This document shows, one piece after another, positions 1-13,508 of a stretch of 64,000 nucleotides of DNA. Position 1 is the stretch's first letter. Each line of letters opens with the position of its first letter. Source of the DNA: the human T2T-CHM13v2.0 reference genome, Homo sapiens; NCBI RefSeq assembly GCF_009914755.1, contig NC_060947.1, one strand, 5' to 3'. A program made the translations under genes and the position numbers. A model generated the notes under the pieces. That model saw only the letters and a list, made by a program, of their open reading frames with translations, made no database searches and was not told the origin of the DNA.

Positions 1-970
1 AAACTAAACTAAGAAGGTTCTGCACAGCAATAGAAATATTCAACAGAGTAAACAGACAACCTACAAAGTGGGAGAAAATATTTGCAAATTAATCCTCTGA
101 CAAAAATAATCTTCAAGGAACTCAAACAACTCAACAAGAAAAAACAAACAACTTCATTAAAAAGTGGACAAAGAACAAGAATGAGCATTTTTTTAAAAGA
201 CGACATACAAGCAGCTAAGAAACATGAAATAATGCACATCAGTAATAATCAGATAAACGCAAATTAAAACAACAATGAGAAACTAGTTTATACTAGTCAG
301 AATTATTATTAAAAAATCAAAAACAATAGATGTTGGCACGGGTGTGGAGAAACACAGATGTTTATGCACTGTTGGTGGGAATTTAAGTTAGCACAAGCCT
401 CGTGTAAAACAGTATGAAACTATTTCAAAGAACTGAAAATAGAACTACCATTCTACCCAGCAATCTAACTACTATCTACCCAAAGGAAAATAAGTTATTG
501 TATAAAAAACAAATCTGCACTCATATGTTTACTCTATTCATAGTAGCAAAGTCATGAGATTAACCTCATTGTCTTCACTGGTTAATTGAATAAATATAAT
601 GTGGTATACATACACAATGAAATACTGTGCAGCCATAAAAAGAATAAAATCTTGTTCTTTGCCAGAATATGGATGGAGCTGGAGGCCATTGTCCTAAGTA
701 AAATAACTCAGAAACAAAAAATCAAACACTGCAGGGTCTCACTTATTAGTTGGAGATAAACAATGGGAACACATAGACACAAAGATGAATGTTATGAACA
801 CTGGGGTCTCCAAACAAGGGGAAGGGGAGAGGAGTGTGAGTGTTGTAAAAATATCTATTGGGTACAATGTTCACTGTTTGAATGATGGGTATACCAGAAG
901 CCCAAACCTTACCATTATGCACTATATTCATGTAAGAAACCTACACATGTACCCCTTGAAAATAAAGTTA
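1..970 (+). mobile_element. LINE-1 3' end (old L1PB/L1MA grade), cut by the window start
   Basis: Decayed ORF2 C-terminal motifs (ttctgcacagca, gtgggagaaaatatttgcaa, ggatggagctggaggccatt) are followed by an L1PB-type 3' UTR ending ...catgtaccccttgaaaataaag. Confidence 0.85.
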
Positions 971-1077
971 AAATGCATATTCTATTTCAGTTGTGCATAA
1001 AATGAGTGAAAAAAATATAAGAAAAGAGTATAAATATTTTATTTCTAGTGTGCTTCCCTCCACCAAAAATGATGAAT

Positions 1078-1449
1078 GATGACAAGTGTTGTCAAGGATG
1101 TGAAAAACAGGGTACACTTGTACCTAATTGGTAAAAATGTAAACTAGTAAAACTATTTTAAAAATTGTATGGAGCTTTCTCAGAAAGATAAAAATAGAAT
1201 TACAATATGATCCAGCAATCCCACCCCCTGGTATTTACTCCAAAGGGTTGAAATCTGTATGTTGAAAAGAAGTCTGCATTTTCATGTTCATTGCAGCATT
1301 GTTCGTAATAGCCAAGTTATAGAATAAACCTTAGTGTCTATCAACAGATGAATGTTGGCATGGATGTGGAGAAACAGGGATGCTTATGCACTGTTGGTGG
1401 GAATAAAGAAAGATATGAAGATGAATGAAGAAAGATAAAGTGGTATATA
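1078..1449 (+). mobile_element. Old L1MA-type ORF2 3' fragment, left part (interrupted by Tigger1)
   Basis: Contains gacaagtgttg, atatgatccagcaatccc and catgttcattgcagcattg. It stops at gtggtatata and resumes at 5328. Confidence 0.75.
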
Positions 1450-1843
1450 AAGGCATGTTTTATTTAATTCCACTTCACAGTTATTGCCTTTTTTTTTTTT
1501 TTTTTTGCAAATTGAAGGTTTGTGGCAATCCTGCATCAACCAAATTTATCAGTGTCATTTTTCCAACAACATGTGTTCACATAATGTTTTTGTCATATTT
1601 TGGTAATTCTCATAATATTTTAAGTCTTTTCATTTTATTATATTTTTCATGGTGGTCTGTGATTAGTGATCTTACTATTGAAATTGTTTTGAGAGGCTAA
1701 TTATGCCCATATAAGACAGTGACCTTAATGAATATACATGCATATTTTGACTGATCTACTTTCTGGCTATTCCTCTATCTCTCTCCCTCTCCTCAGGCCT
1801 CCTTATTTCCTGAGACATAACAATATTAAAATTAGGTTAATTA

Positions 1844-3321
1844 TAAGCCAAAAGAACAAAGCTGCAGGCATCACGCTACCTGACTTCAAACTATAGTATA
1901 AGGCTATGGTAACCAAAACAGCATGGTACTGGTATCAAAACAGAGATATAGACCAATGGAACAGAACAGAGCCCTCAGAAATAATGCCGCATATCTACAA
2001 CTATCTGATCTTTGACAAACCTGACAAAAACAAGAAATGGAGAAGTGATTCCCTATTTAATAAATGTTGCTGGGAAAACTGGCTAGCCATATGCAGAAAG
2101 CTGAAACTGGAACCCTTCCTTACACCTTACACGAAAATGAATTCAAGATCGATTAAAGACTTAATTTTAGACCTAAAACCATAAAAACCATAGAAGAAAA
2201 CCTAGGCAATACCATTCAGGACATAGGCATGGGCAAGGACTTCATGTCTAAAACACCAAAAGCAATGGCAACAAAAGTCAAAATTGACAAATGGGATCTA
2301 ATTAAACTAAAGAGCCTCTGCACAGCAAAAGAAACTAACATCAGAGTGAACAAGCAACCTACAGAATGGGAGAAAATTTTTGCAATCTACTCATCTGACA
2401 AAGGGCTAATATCCAGAATCTACAATGAACTCAGACAAATTTACAAGAAAAAAATCAAACAACCCCATCAAAAAGTAGGAAAAGGATATGAACAGATACT
2501 TCTCAAAAGAAGACATTTATGCAGCCAACAGACACATGAAAAAGTGCTCATCATCACTGGTCATCAGAGAAATGCACATCAAAACCTCAATGAGATACCA
2601 TCTCACACCAGTTAGAATGGAGATCATTAAAAATTCAGGAAACAACAGGTGCTGGAGAGGATATAGAGAAATAGGAACACTTTTACACTGTTGGTGGGAC
2701 TGTAAACTGGTTCAACCATTGTGGAAGACAGTGTGGTGATTCCTCAAGGATCTAGAACTAGAAGTACCATTTGACCCAGCAGTCCCATTACTGGGTATAT
2801 ACCCAAAGGATTATACATTATTCTGCTATAAAGACACATGCACATGTATGTTTATTGTGGCATTATTCACAATAGCAAAGACTTGGAACCAACCCAAATG
2901 CCCATCAATGATAGACTGGATTAAGAAAATGTGGCACATATACACCATGGAATACTATGGAGCCATAAAAAATGATGAGTTCATGTCCTTTGTAGGGACA
3001 TGGGTGAAGCTGGAAACCATCATTCTCAGCAAACTATCACAAGGACAAAAAACCAAACACCGCATGTTCTCACTCATAGGTGGGAATTGAACAATGAGAA
3101 CACTTGGACACAGGAAGGGGAACATCACACACCAGGGCCTGTTGTGGGGTTGGGGGAGCTGGGAGGGATAGCATTAGGAGATATACCTAATGTAAATGAC
3201 GAGTTAATGGGTGTAACACACCAACATGTCACATGTATACATATGTAACAAACCTACACGTTGTGCACATGTACCCTAGAACTTAAAATACAATAAAAAA
3301 TAATGATAATAATAATTTTAA
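1844..3321 (+). mobile_element. 5'-truncated L1PA (L1PA5-like) inserted in Tigger1
   Basis: Carries ORF2 C-terminal fragments ([22 protein letters not shown]), a 3' UTR and an A-rich tail. Perfect 16-bp TSD aaaattaggttaatta at 1828-1843 and 3322-3337. Confidence 0.95.
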
Positions 3322-3348
3322 AAAATTAGGTTAATTAATAAGCCTACA

Positions 3349-4900
3349 ATGACCTCTAAGTGTTGAAGTCAAAGAAAGAGTTGCATGTCTCTTAATTTAA
3401 ATCAAAAGGTAGAAGAGACAAAGTTTTATGAGTAATAAATATCAAAACCCAAAACACGTCAAAAGCTAGGACTCTGGCACCAAGCAGCCATGCTGTGAAT
3501 GCAAAGGAATGGTTCCTGAAGGAAATTTAAAATGCTACTCCAGTGAACACATGAATGAAAAGAAGGTAAAACAGCTTTATTGCTGATATGGACAAAGTTT
3601 TAGTGATCTGGATAGAAAATCAAATCAGTTCTTACACTCTTTCAAGCTAAAACCTAATCCTGAACAATGCCCTGACTCACTTAAATTCTATGAAGGCTGA
3701 GATAGGTGATGAAGCTGAAGAAGAAAACTTTGAATCTAGCAGAGATTGGTTCATAAGGTTGAAGGAAAGAAGCCATCTCCACAACATAGAAGGATATGTG
3801 AACCAGCAAATATTGATGCAAAAGTTGCAGCAAATTATTTAGAAGATTTAACTAAGATAATTGACAAAGGTGGCTGCAGTAAACATTTTATTTTTAATGC
3901 AGGTTAAACAGCCTTATATTGGAAGAAGATGACATATATAATAGAATATTCATAACAGAGAGAAGTTAATATCTGGCTTCAAAGCTTCAAAGGACAGGCT
4001 GATTCTCTTGTTAGAGGCTAATCCAGCTTGTGACTTAAAGGTAAAGACAATGCTTATTTACCTGTCTGAAAATCCTAGAGCCTTTAAGAATTACCCTGAG
4101 TCTACTCTACTGTGCTTTATCAATGGAACAACAAAGTCAATATTAAAGCACATCTATTTACAGTATGGTTTACTGAATACTTTAAGCCCATTGTTGAGAC
4201 CTACTGCTCAGAAAGAAAGATTTCTTTCAAAATATTACTTCTCATTGATAATGCACCTGGTCAGCCAACAGTGCTGATTGAGATGTAGAAGGATATTAAT
4301 GTTGTTTTCATGCCTGGTAACACAACATTCATTTTATTCCCCATGGGTCTAAAAGTACATTTGACTTTCAAGTCTTATTCATTAAGAAATATATTTAGTA
4401 AGGCTATAGCGGCCATAGATAGTGATTCCTTTGATGAACCTGAGCAAAGTAAACTAAAAACCTTCTTGAAAGGATTCACCATTCTACATGCCATTAAAAC
4501 TTTAATATTTCATGGAAGGAGGTCAAAATATCAGCATTGACAAGAGTTTGGAAGATATTAATTTCAATCCTCATGAATGATTTAGAGGAGTTCAAGACTT
4601 TAGTGGAGTAAGAAACTGTAGATATGGTGGAAATAGCAAGAGAACTAGTATTAAATGTGGATCTAGAAGATGTGACTGAATTACTGCAATCTCATAGTAA
4701 AACTCAAATAGATAAAGAGTTGCTTTTTATGGATCAGCAAAAAAAGTGATTTCTTGAGATGGTATCTATTTCTGATGAAGATACTGTGAACATGGTTGAA
4801 ATGACTATAAAAGATTTGGAATATTACATAGACTTAATTGATAATAAAGTGTGAGAAGTTGAGAAGATTAACTAATTTTGAAAGAAGCTCTACAGTAAAT
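3349..4900 (+). pseudogene. Decayed Tigger1 transposase
   Basis: ATG at 3349 (atgacctctaagtg). Fragments [27 protein letters not shown] and [12 protein letters not shown] resemble pogo-family DDE transposase. Many stops and frameshifts; 3' limit approximate. Confidence 0.8.
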
Positions 4901-5327
4901 AAAATGCTATCAAATACCAAGGCATGTTACAGAGAAATGTTTTGTGAATGGTCAATCAATGCAGCAAAATTCATGTTTGTCTTTTGTAAGTAATTGTCAC
5001 CAGCACTCAAACCTTTAGCAATTTTCACCCTAATCAGTAAGCAGCCATCAACATTGAGGCAGAATCTTCCATCATTAAAAAATATGATTCCCTGAAAGCT
5101 CAGATAAGTTTTTAGCACTTTTAGCAATAAAATATTTTAGAATTAAGGTATATACATTGTACTTTAGACATAATGCTATTGTACACACAAATGGTCTACA
5201 GTATAATGTAAACACATCTTTTATATGCACTGGAAAACCAAAAACTTTGTGTAATTTGTTTTATTGTAATATTTGCTTTTTTGCTGTGGTCTGGAACCAA
5301 ACCTGCAATATCTACGAGGTCTGCCTG

Positions 5328-5835
5328 TATGCACAATGAAATACTATTCAGCCTTAACAAACAAACAAAAAAATTGTCAATTTTGACTATGTGAATGAAA
5401 TTGGAGAACATTATGCCATATGAAATAAGCTAAGCACAGAGAGACAAATATCACAATACTTAATGTGGAATCTAAAACAATCCAACTCAAAGAATCAGAT
5501 AGTAAAATTGTGATTATCAGAGGCCTGGAAACTGGGAGAAATAAAGAAATTACGGTTAAGAGGTGCAAAACCTCAATTAAATAGAAGGAATAAGTGTTGC
5601 GCTTTTTTTTTACATTCCAATATATTGCATACCATGTAGAATATAGTAGATAATAATGTACATTTTAAAATAGCTAAGAAAGCTTCAAATGTTCTCACCA
5701 CAAAAATAAGTATTTGAGGTGATAGATATGTTAGACTTATTCAATTATTACACATTATATTCATAGATTATAACCTCATTTTGTACCACATAAACATATA
5801 CAACTATAATTTGTCAATTTAAAATTAAAAATAAA
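5328..5835 (+). mobile_element. Old L1MA 3' end, right part
   Basis: Continues with cacaatgaaatactattcagcc, then an L1MA-type 3' UTR (aaatgttctcaccacaaaaataagtatttgaggtgatagatatgtta...ttgtcaattt) and an A-rich tail. Confidence 0.75.
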
Positions 5836-5859
5836 AATTGAAAATTATTTATTAACAAA

Positions 5860-6635
<776 letters not shown>

Positions 6636-6944
6636 TTATTGGATGTTACAACAAGACTTTAGAGTAAACAAAAAAAAAAAAACAGAAATGGATTTCTTGA
6701 CTATCATGTTGAAAGTAACCATGACTTAGCTAGTTAATGATGTAGCAAAGAAACTGCTTGTTTTAGATCAGGTTAGTTAAGTAAACTGTGACTCAGTTAT
6801 GCTGCTGTATTTAACAGATAACTTCTTTTTCTCCTGTCTTTCTGCCTACCCTAACTTTTTCTTTTTTTTCGAATTGCATACTACAAAATATGTATGTGTG
6901 TGCACACATGTATTTATATATATATATAAAACAGTTTAATTTTA

Positions 6945-8925
6945 AAATATGGGTAAAAAACGTGAATAGACATTTCTCTACAAAAAAAAATTATACCAAT
7001 GGCCAATAAGCACATGAAAACATGCCCAACATGACTAATCATTAGGAAAATACAAATCAAAACTACAAGGAGATACTACTTCACATCCAGTAGGATGGCT
7101 ATTATAAAATAAGAAGGAACTAGTGTTGGTGAGAATGTGGACAGATTTTAACTTTTGTTCATTGTTGATGACATTGTACAATGATGTAGCCACTATGGAA
7201 GCAGTGTGACATTTTTGAAAAAAAACCTTACCATATGATCTAGCTGAGTAAGATTTTCTGAGTGTATACTCAAAAGAATTAAAAGTAGGAACTCAGATAT
7301 TTCTATACCTTGTTCATAGCTGCATATTCACATTAGCCAAAAGGTGAAAACAGCCTGTGTCCACCATTGGAGGAATGGATAAACAAAATGTGGTATATAA
7401 AATGTGACATTATTTAACCTTAGAAATTGTGACACCTGTTACAGCATGGATAAAATTTGAAGATATGATGCTAAGTAAAATAAGCCAGTCAGAGAAAGAC
7501 AATTTGCATAATTCTACTTGCATGATGTACCTGCAGGGGCAAATTTATAGAGACAGAAAGCAGAATTGTGATGGATGGGGACTGGGTGTAAGGAAAAGTG
7601 GTTATTTAGTGTTTAATGAGCACAGAGTTTATTGTTTTATTTTGTTTTATTTTTTAACTTTTATTTTAAATTCAGGGGTACATGTGCAGGTTTGTTACAT
7701 AGGTAAACTATCATGGAGATCTGTTGGACAGATCATTTCATCACCCAGGTATTAAGCCTGGTACCCATTAGTTGTTTTTCCTGTTCCTCTCTCTCCCCCA
7801 ACTGTCTACCCACCAAAAGGCACCAGTGTGTGTTGTTTCCCCACCATGTGTCAATGTGTTCTCATCATTTAGCTCCCACTTTAAGTGAGAAAATGTGGTA
7901 TTTGGTTTTCAGTTCATGCCTTTGTTTGCTAAGGATAATGGTCTCCAGCTCCATCCATGTTATTGCATAAGACATGATCTCATTCTTTTTTATGGCTGCA
8001 TACTATTCCATGGTGTATATGTACCATATTTTCTTTATGTAGTCTATTATAGATGGACATTTAGATTGATTCCATGTCTCTGCTATTGTGAATAAGATGG
8101 ACATTTAGATTGTTTCCATATCTTTTCTATTGTGAATAGTGCTGTAGTAAACACATTTGTGCATGTGTCTTTATAATAGAATAACTTATGTTCTGTTGGG
8201 TACATACCCAGTAATGAGATTGCCGGGTGAAATGCTATTTCTGTCTTTAGGTTTTGAGGAATCACCATACCGTCTTCCCCAATGGTAGAACTAATTTACA
8301 GTTCCACCAATAGTTTGTAAGCATTCCTTTTTCTCCACAATCTTGCCAGCATCTGTTATTTTTTGACTTTCTAATAATAGCCATTCTGACTGGGTGAGAT
8401 GATATCTCATTGTAGTTTTGATTTGCATTTCTCTAATGATCAGTGATGTTGAGTTTTTAAAAATATGATCATTGGCCAAATGTATGTCTTATTTTCAAAA
8501 GTGTTTGTTTATGTCCTTTGCTCCCTTTTTAATGGGGTTATTTGTTTTATACTATAAATTTGTTTTAGTTTCTTATAGATGCTGGATATTAGACCTTTGT
8601 CAGATGAATCATTTGCAAAAATTTTCTTTCATTCTGTAGGCTGTTTATTCTGTTGATTATTTATTTTGCTGTGCAGACATTATTTAGTTTAATTAGATCC
8701 CACTTGCCAAGTTATGCTTTTGTTGCAATTGCTTTTGGCATCTTCATCATGAAATCTTTGTCTGAGCACCGAGTTTCAGTTTTGGAAAATAAAAAATGTT
8801 TTGGAGATAGATCGTGATGATAGTTACACAACAAGGTGGATGTGCAAATGCTTCTGAACTGTATACTGGCAAAAAGTTAAAATGGTAAATTTTATGCTGT
8901 GTATATTTTGCCACAATTAAAAAAT
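6945..8925 (+). mobile_element. L1MB-type 3' end, split by a minus-strand L1 at 7631-8762
   Basis: ORF2 end motifs at 6945-7500. The 3' UTR continues across the insertion to gttaaaatggtaaattttatgctgtgtatattttgccacaatt. Confidence 0.75.
7631..8762 (-). mobile_element. 5'-truncated older L1PA (about L1PA13-16)
   Basis: T-rich tail followed by ggggtacatgtgcaggtttgttacataggtaaac. 14-bp TSD tgagcacagagttt (7617-7630) / tgagcaccgagttt (8763-8776). Confidence 0.9.
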
Positions 8926-9054
8926 AAAAGTAAGAATTTAAATTAAAAAGTCAACAAATACATGATGATTAAATAATATCTCTTTGGTACAAAATAAGCT
9001 AGTAAAGTAGGAACAGAGGAACAAAACAAGCACACACATGTATGGAACACATAG

Positions 9055-10250
9055 AAGACATAATTCCAACCATATTAATAATAAAATTAGCTATAGATGG
9101 ATTAAACACTCCATCGAAAACATAAATAGGCTGAATTAATATATCTACTAGTTGCAGTCTACCAGAGACACACTTAAGTTTTAAAAACATAAAGAGATTG
9201 AATGTAAATGACAGAAAAATATATACCATGAAAACAATAACCGAAAAACTTAAGTGGCTATACTAGTATTACATAAAGAAAATTTAAAGTATAAAATTCA
9301 CCAGAGACAAGAACATACATTTATAGTGATAGAAATATAAAATCACCAGGAAGATATACAAATTATAAAAGTGTTGGTACTTAGAAGATGCACCAAAATA
9401 CATAGAACAAAAACTGATAAATTTGTCCCGATAGACATTTCTCTTTTTAAAATTTTATTTTATTTTAATTATATTTAATTTTTATTTTAAGTTCATGGGC
9501 ACATGTGCAGATTTGCTGTATAGGTAAAGCTGTATCATGAGGGTTTGTTGTACAGATTATTGCATCACCCAGGTGTTAAGCTTAGTACCTATTAGTTATT
9601 TTTAATTCTCAAGTAAACATGGGACATTCTATATAACAGACATATGATAGGCCTTAGCGAAAATCTCAATGGAGTTAAAAGAATAGGAATTATCCAAAGT
9701 ATGTAATTGTATCATAATGGAATTAAACAGGAAGTCATCAAATGAAGGAATGTTAAGAAATCCAAAAATTGTAAAAATTAAACAATTGTAAAAACAATTA
9801 AAAAATTTAAACATTGTAAAAATTAAACAATGCACTTCTAGAGAACATATGGGTCAAATAAGTAATCATAAACTTAGAAAATTCTTTGTGGTAAATCAAA
9901 ATGAATATACAATATATCAAAATTTAAGGAATGCAGCTACAGTAGAGCTTAGGGAAAGAGCTATTGCTCTGTACACATATATTTGAATATAATAATCTCA
10001 TATCAATAACCTATTTTTCCACTTTTAAAAAATAAGAAAATGAAGAGATACCTAAACATAAAGGGTGAAAATAATAAATATGAGAATCAAAGTTCAATAA
10101 ATAGCAGAAAACAATACAAAAACAAAAAGAATTTGATCTGTGAATGATCAACAAATTTGACAAAACTTTTTCTGTACTCCCTAACAACAACAAAAAATAA
10201 ATTAAAAACATACATTATTAAATCAGGAATCAAACATAGAATATCAACAT
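9055..10250 (+). mobile_element. Ancient L1M ORF2 5' (endonuclease-region) fragment
   Basis: Contains atggattaaacactcca, gcagtctaccagagacacac and catatgataggcc; heavily decayed. Confidence 0.65.
9445..9603 (-). mobile_element. Very short L1PA13-16-like 3' tip
   Basis: T-rich tail followed by acatgtgcagatttg...acagattattgcatcacccagg, the same motif as at 7680-7770. Confidence 0.75.
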
Positions 10251-11337
10251 AATTCAGTGGTCACCAAATAATTACATGTGCTTAAACACTTTTTGTCTGT
10301 ATATATTTTACTCTTTGCTTAAGGTATTTGTGTGTAAAAGTGCATTTAATATTCAGGATGTTTACAATTCTGGCTGAATTTTCACTTTTTGCTGGGACAA
10401 TGCCTCATCTATGGATCACACTTTTCTATTTTTGTGTAACATAATTTCTTATTCAAACATTATACTATAAAATATATGATGGCAAGTATACATTATTATT
10501 TTCCCACCCAGGAATCATTTTGTTTGCTCTTCATTTTGTTTTACTTATTTAGTGATTTGACAGTACTCATTTTGTAGTGTTTTTCCCCCTGCAACGTATA
10601 GTCACTTTTGTCTCTGTTCAGTTTTTTATACTTTTGTTACTGTTTTTGTTATTATCCTTATTGTTGCTTTTAAGTATTTAGTTTTTTTTTTTTCCCTTGG
10701 AGCCATCTCTGAATCAGCATAACTTAGGGCCCACCAAATGACTCATTTCCATCTAGAGATTCACCTGGTGTTGGAAATATTTTATTCCCATAAGTACTCT
10801 TGAGATTAGTTCTTGTATTAAGTTACCATGCTTCAAACAGTTCGATCCCCTCAGGTCTTGCTTTTTAGCTTTATAAGGGTGAGAAAATAGCAACAATTAG
10901 TGTAGGGATTTTCCTGCTTTTTAGCTTTATGAGGGTGAGAAAATACAATTAGTATAGGGATTTTTTCCCCCACCATTGAGAAAAAAAAAGTTCTTATTTT
11001 TCAACACAACTTCCAATGAAGTTTTCACTTTGGGTGGTGCGCACAGACAGTATTCCTGGCCCTGTATTAGCTGTGGATTTTTGTATCTAATTCTGCTATG
11101 TAGTCCTTTCTCCAGCTTTCAGTAATTTCTCATTTGCAGTTCTCACTCCGCAGCTTTCTAGTTTTCAATACTTTGTCCTACAAATCCTATTTATTTGGGC
11201 TTCCTTGAATTCAAAGCTTACTCTAATTATTTATTTTTCAGTAATAATAATAAAAGCACTTTAACTCTCTATTCTGATATCATTTTTCCTTATTACATTG
11301 GCTGGAACCTTCAATATAATGTTTAATAAAAGTGATG
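10250..11337 (-). mobile_element. Highly degenerate, probably ancient L1M fragments
   Basis: Only 11275-11337 (ccttattacattggctggaaccttcaatataatgtttaataaaagtg) is clearly antisense L1 ORF2. The rest is T-rich and uncertain. Confidence 0.35.
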
Positions 11338-13217
11338 GGGATTATTTTCCTAGATGGCAGATTGTAGGCAGTGTTAGCCTGCCTCTCCCACTTGGAAGAA
11401 CAGAATAGTATGTAGAGATTCACACTGTGAACTTTTATCCAATAAGCAATGCAGGAATTTAACATTAAAAGAAAAAAATCCACAGGCCCTTTGAAAAAAG
11501 TGACAGGATGCAGCCTACTCTGTGAGACAGGTGAAAAACTGTAAGTCCCCAGAGTGTGATAGGGACAGAGACTGCTTCCAGAATACACATCTCCACTGGG
11601 GAACTGAAAACTGAGGCCACAGGAAAAGGTCTTAACCCTACCCAGAGCTGGAACTGATTTAGGGAGTGGCAAGGAATATAAAAGTATAAGGAGCAGTGGG
11701 AAGTGCCTTGCAGGCATTTCCAGTCTCCATCATGGACAGAGGGAAGTTATTCCTAATTATATCTCACACAAGATGCTAGGAAAGTCAGCCAACTAGCTCA
11801 AGGAATGGTCACAGGGTGAAAGAAGCTCCCAAATGAATTTCTTAATATAATCTTGAGTGGGGCAAAACTCCCTTGACCAGAACTCAGGGGGTGAGTGAGA
11901 AATGTGCTGCAGACACAAACACGGGACTTGGGTGACTGATCTTGTGGCCAGACAAGGAGGCAAGTGGCCTGAAACCTGCTGTTGCTATCTCTGTGGGAAA
12001 AGCTCATTGCTTTGGGCAGGACTGAGTTCTGTGCACAGACTGCCAGGATCTTATCCTGGTGCTGTTAGTGGAGCACTGCAGAAGTGAGATTTACTTTGTC
12101 AACTGCATTGGAGCTGCATGAATCTTACTGCCACCTGCTACTCCCCACTCCCTTTGTGAACTCTTCTGTGTAGAAGGGACATTTATAATCCCTTCTGGAA
12201 CATTACCCCAGCAGCCTGAGTACCACCCCCTGACTTCTTAGGGGCCATGGCTTGCCACTCCCAAGGAGAGTTTGAGTCCAGACCTGCCTAATGGTATCCC
12301 TAACCTGGTTGTGCCTCCATCTGCCCTGGTAGCTTACCATGAATGACAAATTTTTGGGAGCTTTAGCCCTGCTCATCACCTGAGAAACCAGAATACACTC
12401 CCTGGGCAACTTAGGAAAAGCTCAAATCTCACCACTACTACTGGAGCTGGTGTTCTTTTGCAAGTGCCACCTCCAGGCTGGAGGACAACCAACACAGTCC
12501 ATTACAGCATTTCTAGGTAGAATAACACTGTGACCAGGAAGGAGAAAACAGCTGCATGGCCTCAGCTATCACCACAGCCTGCAACACACTGGCTAACCAG
12601 AAGTCCTGAATCTGTTTATGTGATATGTTCACTACAATTATGACCAACATTTGTGAAAGCCAGCACGCTAAGCCTATCTACAACCAAGGAATTTCACAGT
12701 CTATGTCACTCCCCTGCCACCTCCATTAGAGCTGGTTCTGGTACCCACTGCTGAGAGAGTTGATGACAGGTTTCATCAACGGATCCCTGCAGACATTCCC
12801 AAGCACAAGCCCAGAGTGTGGCAGTCCCACTGGGTGGCTAACACTTGAAGAGCAGTAACAATTACTGCAGTCTGGTTCTTAGGAACTCTTACTCCTAGGG
12901 GAAAAGAAAAGGTGCCACATCAAGGGAACACCCATAAAACAAAAGAATCTGGACAGCAAGCCTTGAGTCTCAGATTTTTCTGCTGGTGGGAAGTTTCATA
13001 CAGCAGAGACACAATTGCAGTGCTGAGTGCAGCAGGGAATGTCTGCACCACTACTCCAGTCAGGAAGACTTCATGCCAATAAAGGATCTTGGAGACAAGA
13101 TTCTTGTTCCACATCCCCCTTGTCTACCACCGCAGACACAACTGAGGCTTCTCCCATGAGACTTCAGCATGAATGCACCTATAGACAGCCTTTCTGAAAT
13201 GATTAAGAATGATTGCA

Positions 13218-13508
<291 letters not shown>

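Larger units (their letters stand above)
1450..5327 (+). mobile_element. Tigger1 DNA transposon (pogo/TcMar), about 2.4 kb once the nested L1 is removed
   Basis: The 5' region matches Tigger1 (caaattgaaggtttgtggcaa, ccatataagac, cctgagacataacaatatt). The 3' end reads ...ctggaaccaaacctgcaatatctacgaggtctgcctg. TA dinucleotides flank both ends, and the host L1 reads through (gtggtatata | tgcacaatgaaatact). Confidence 0.92.
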
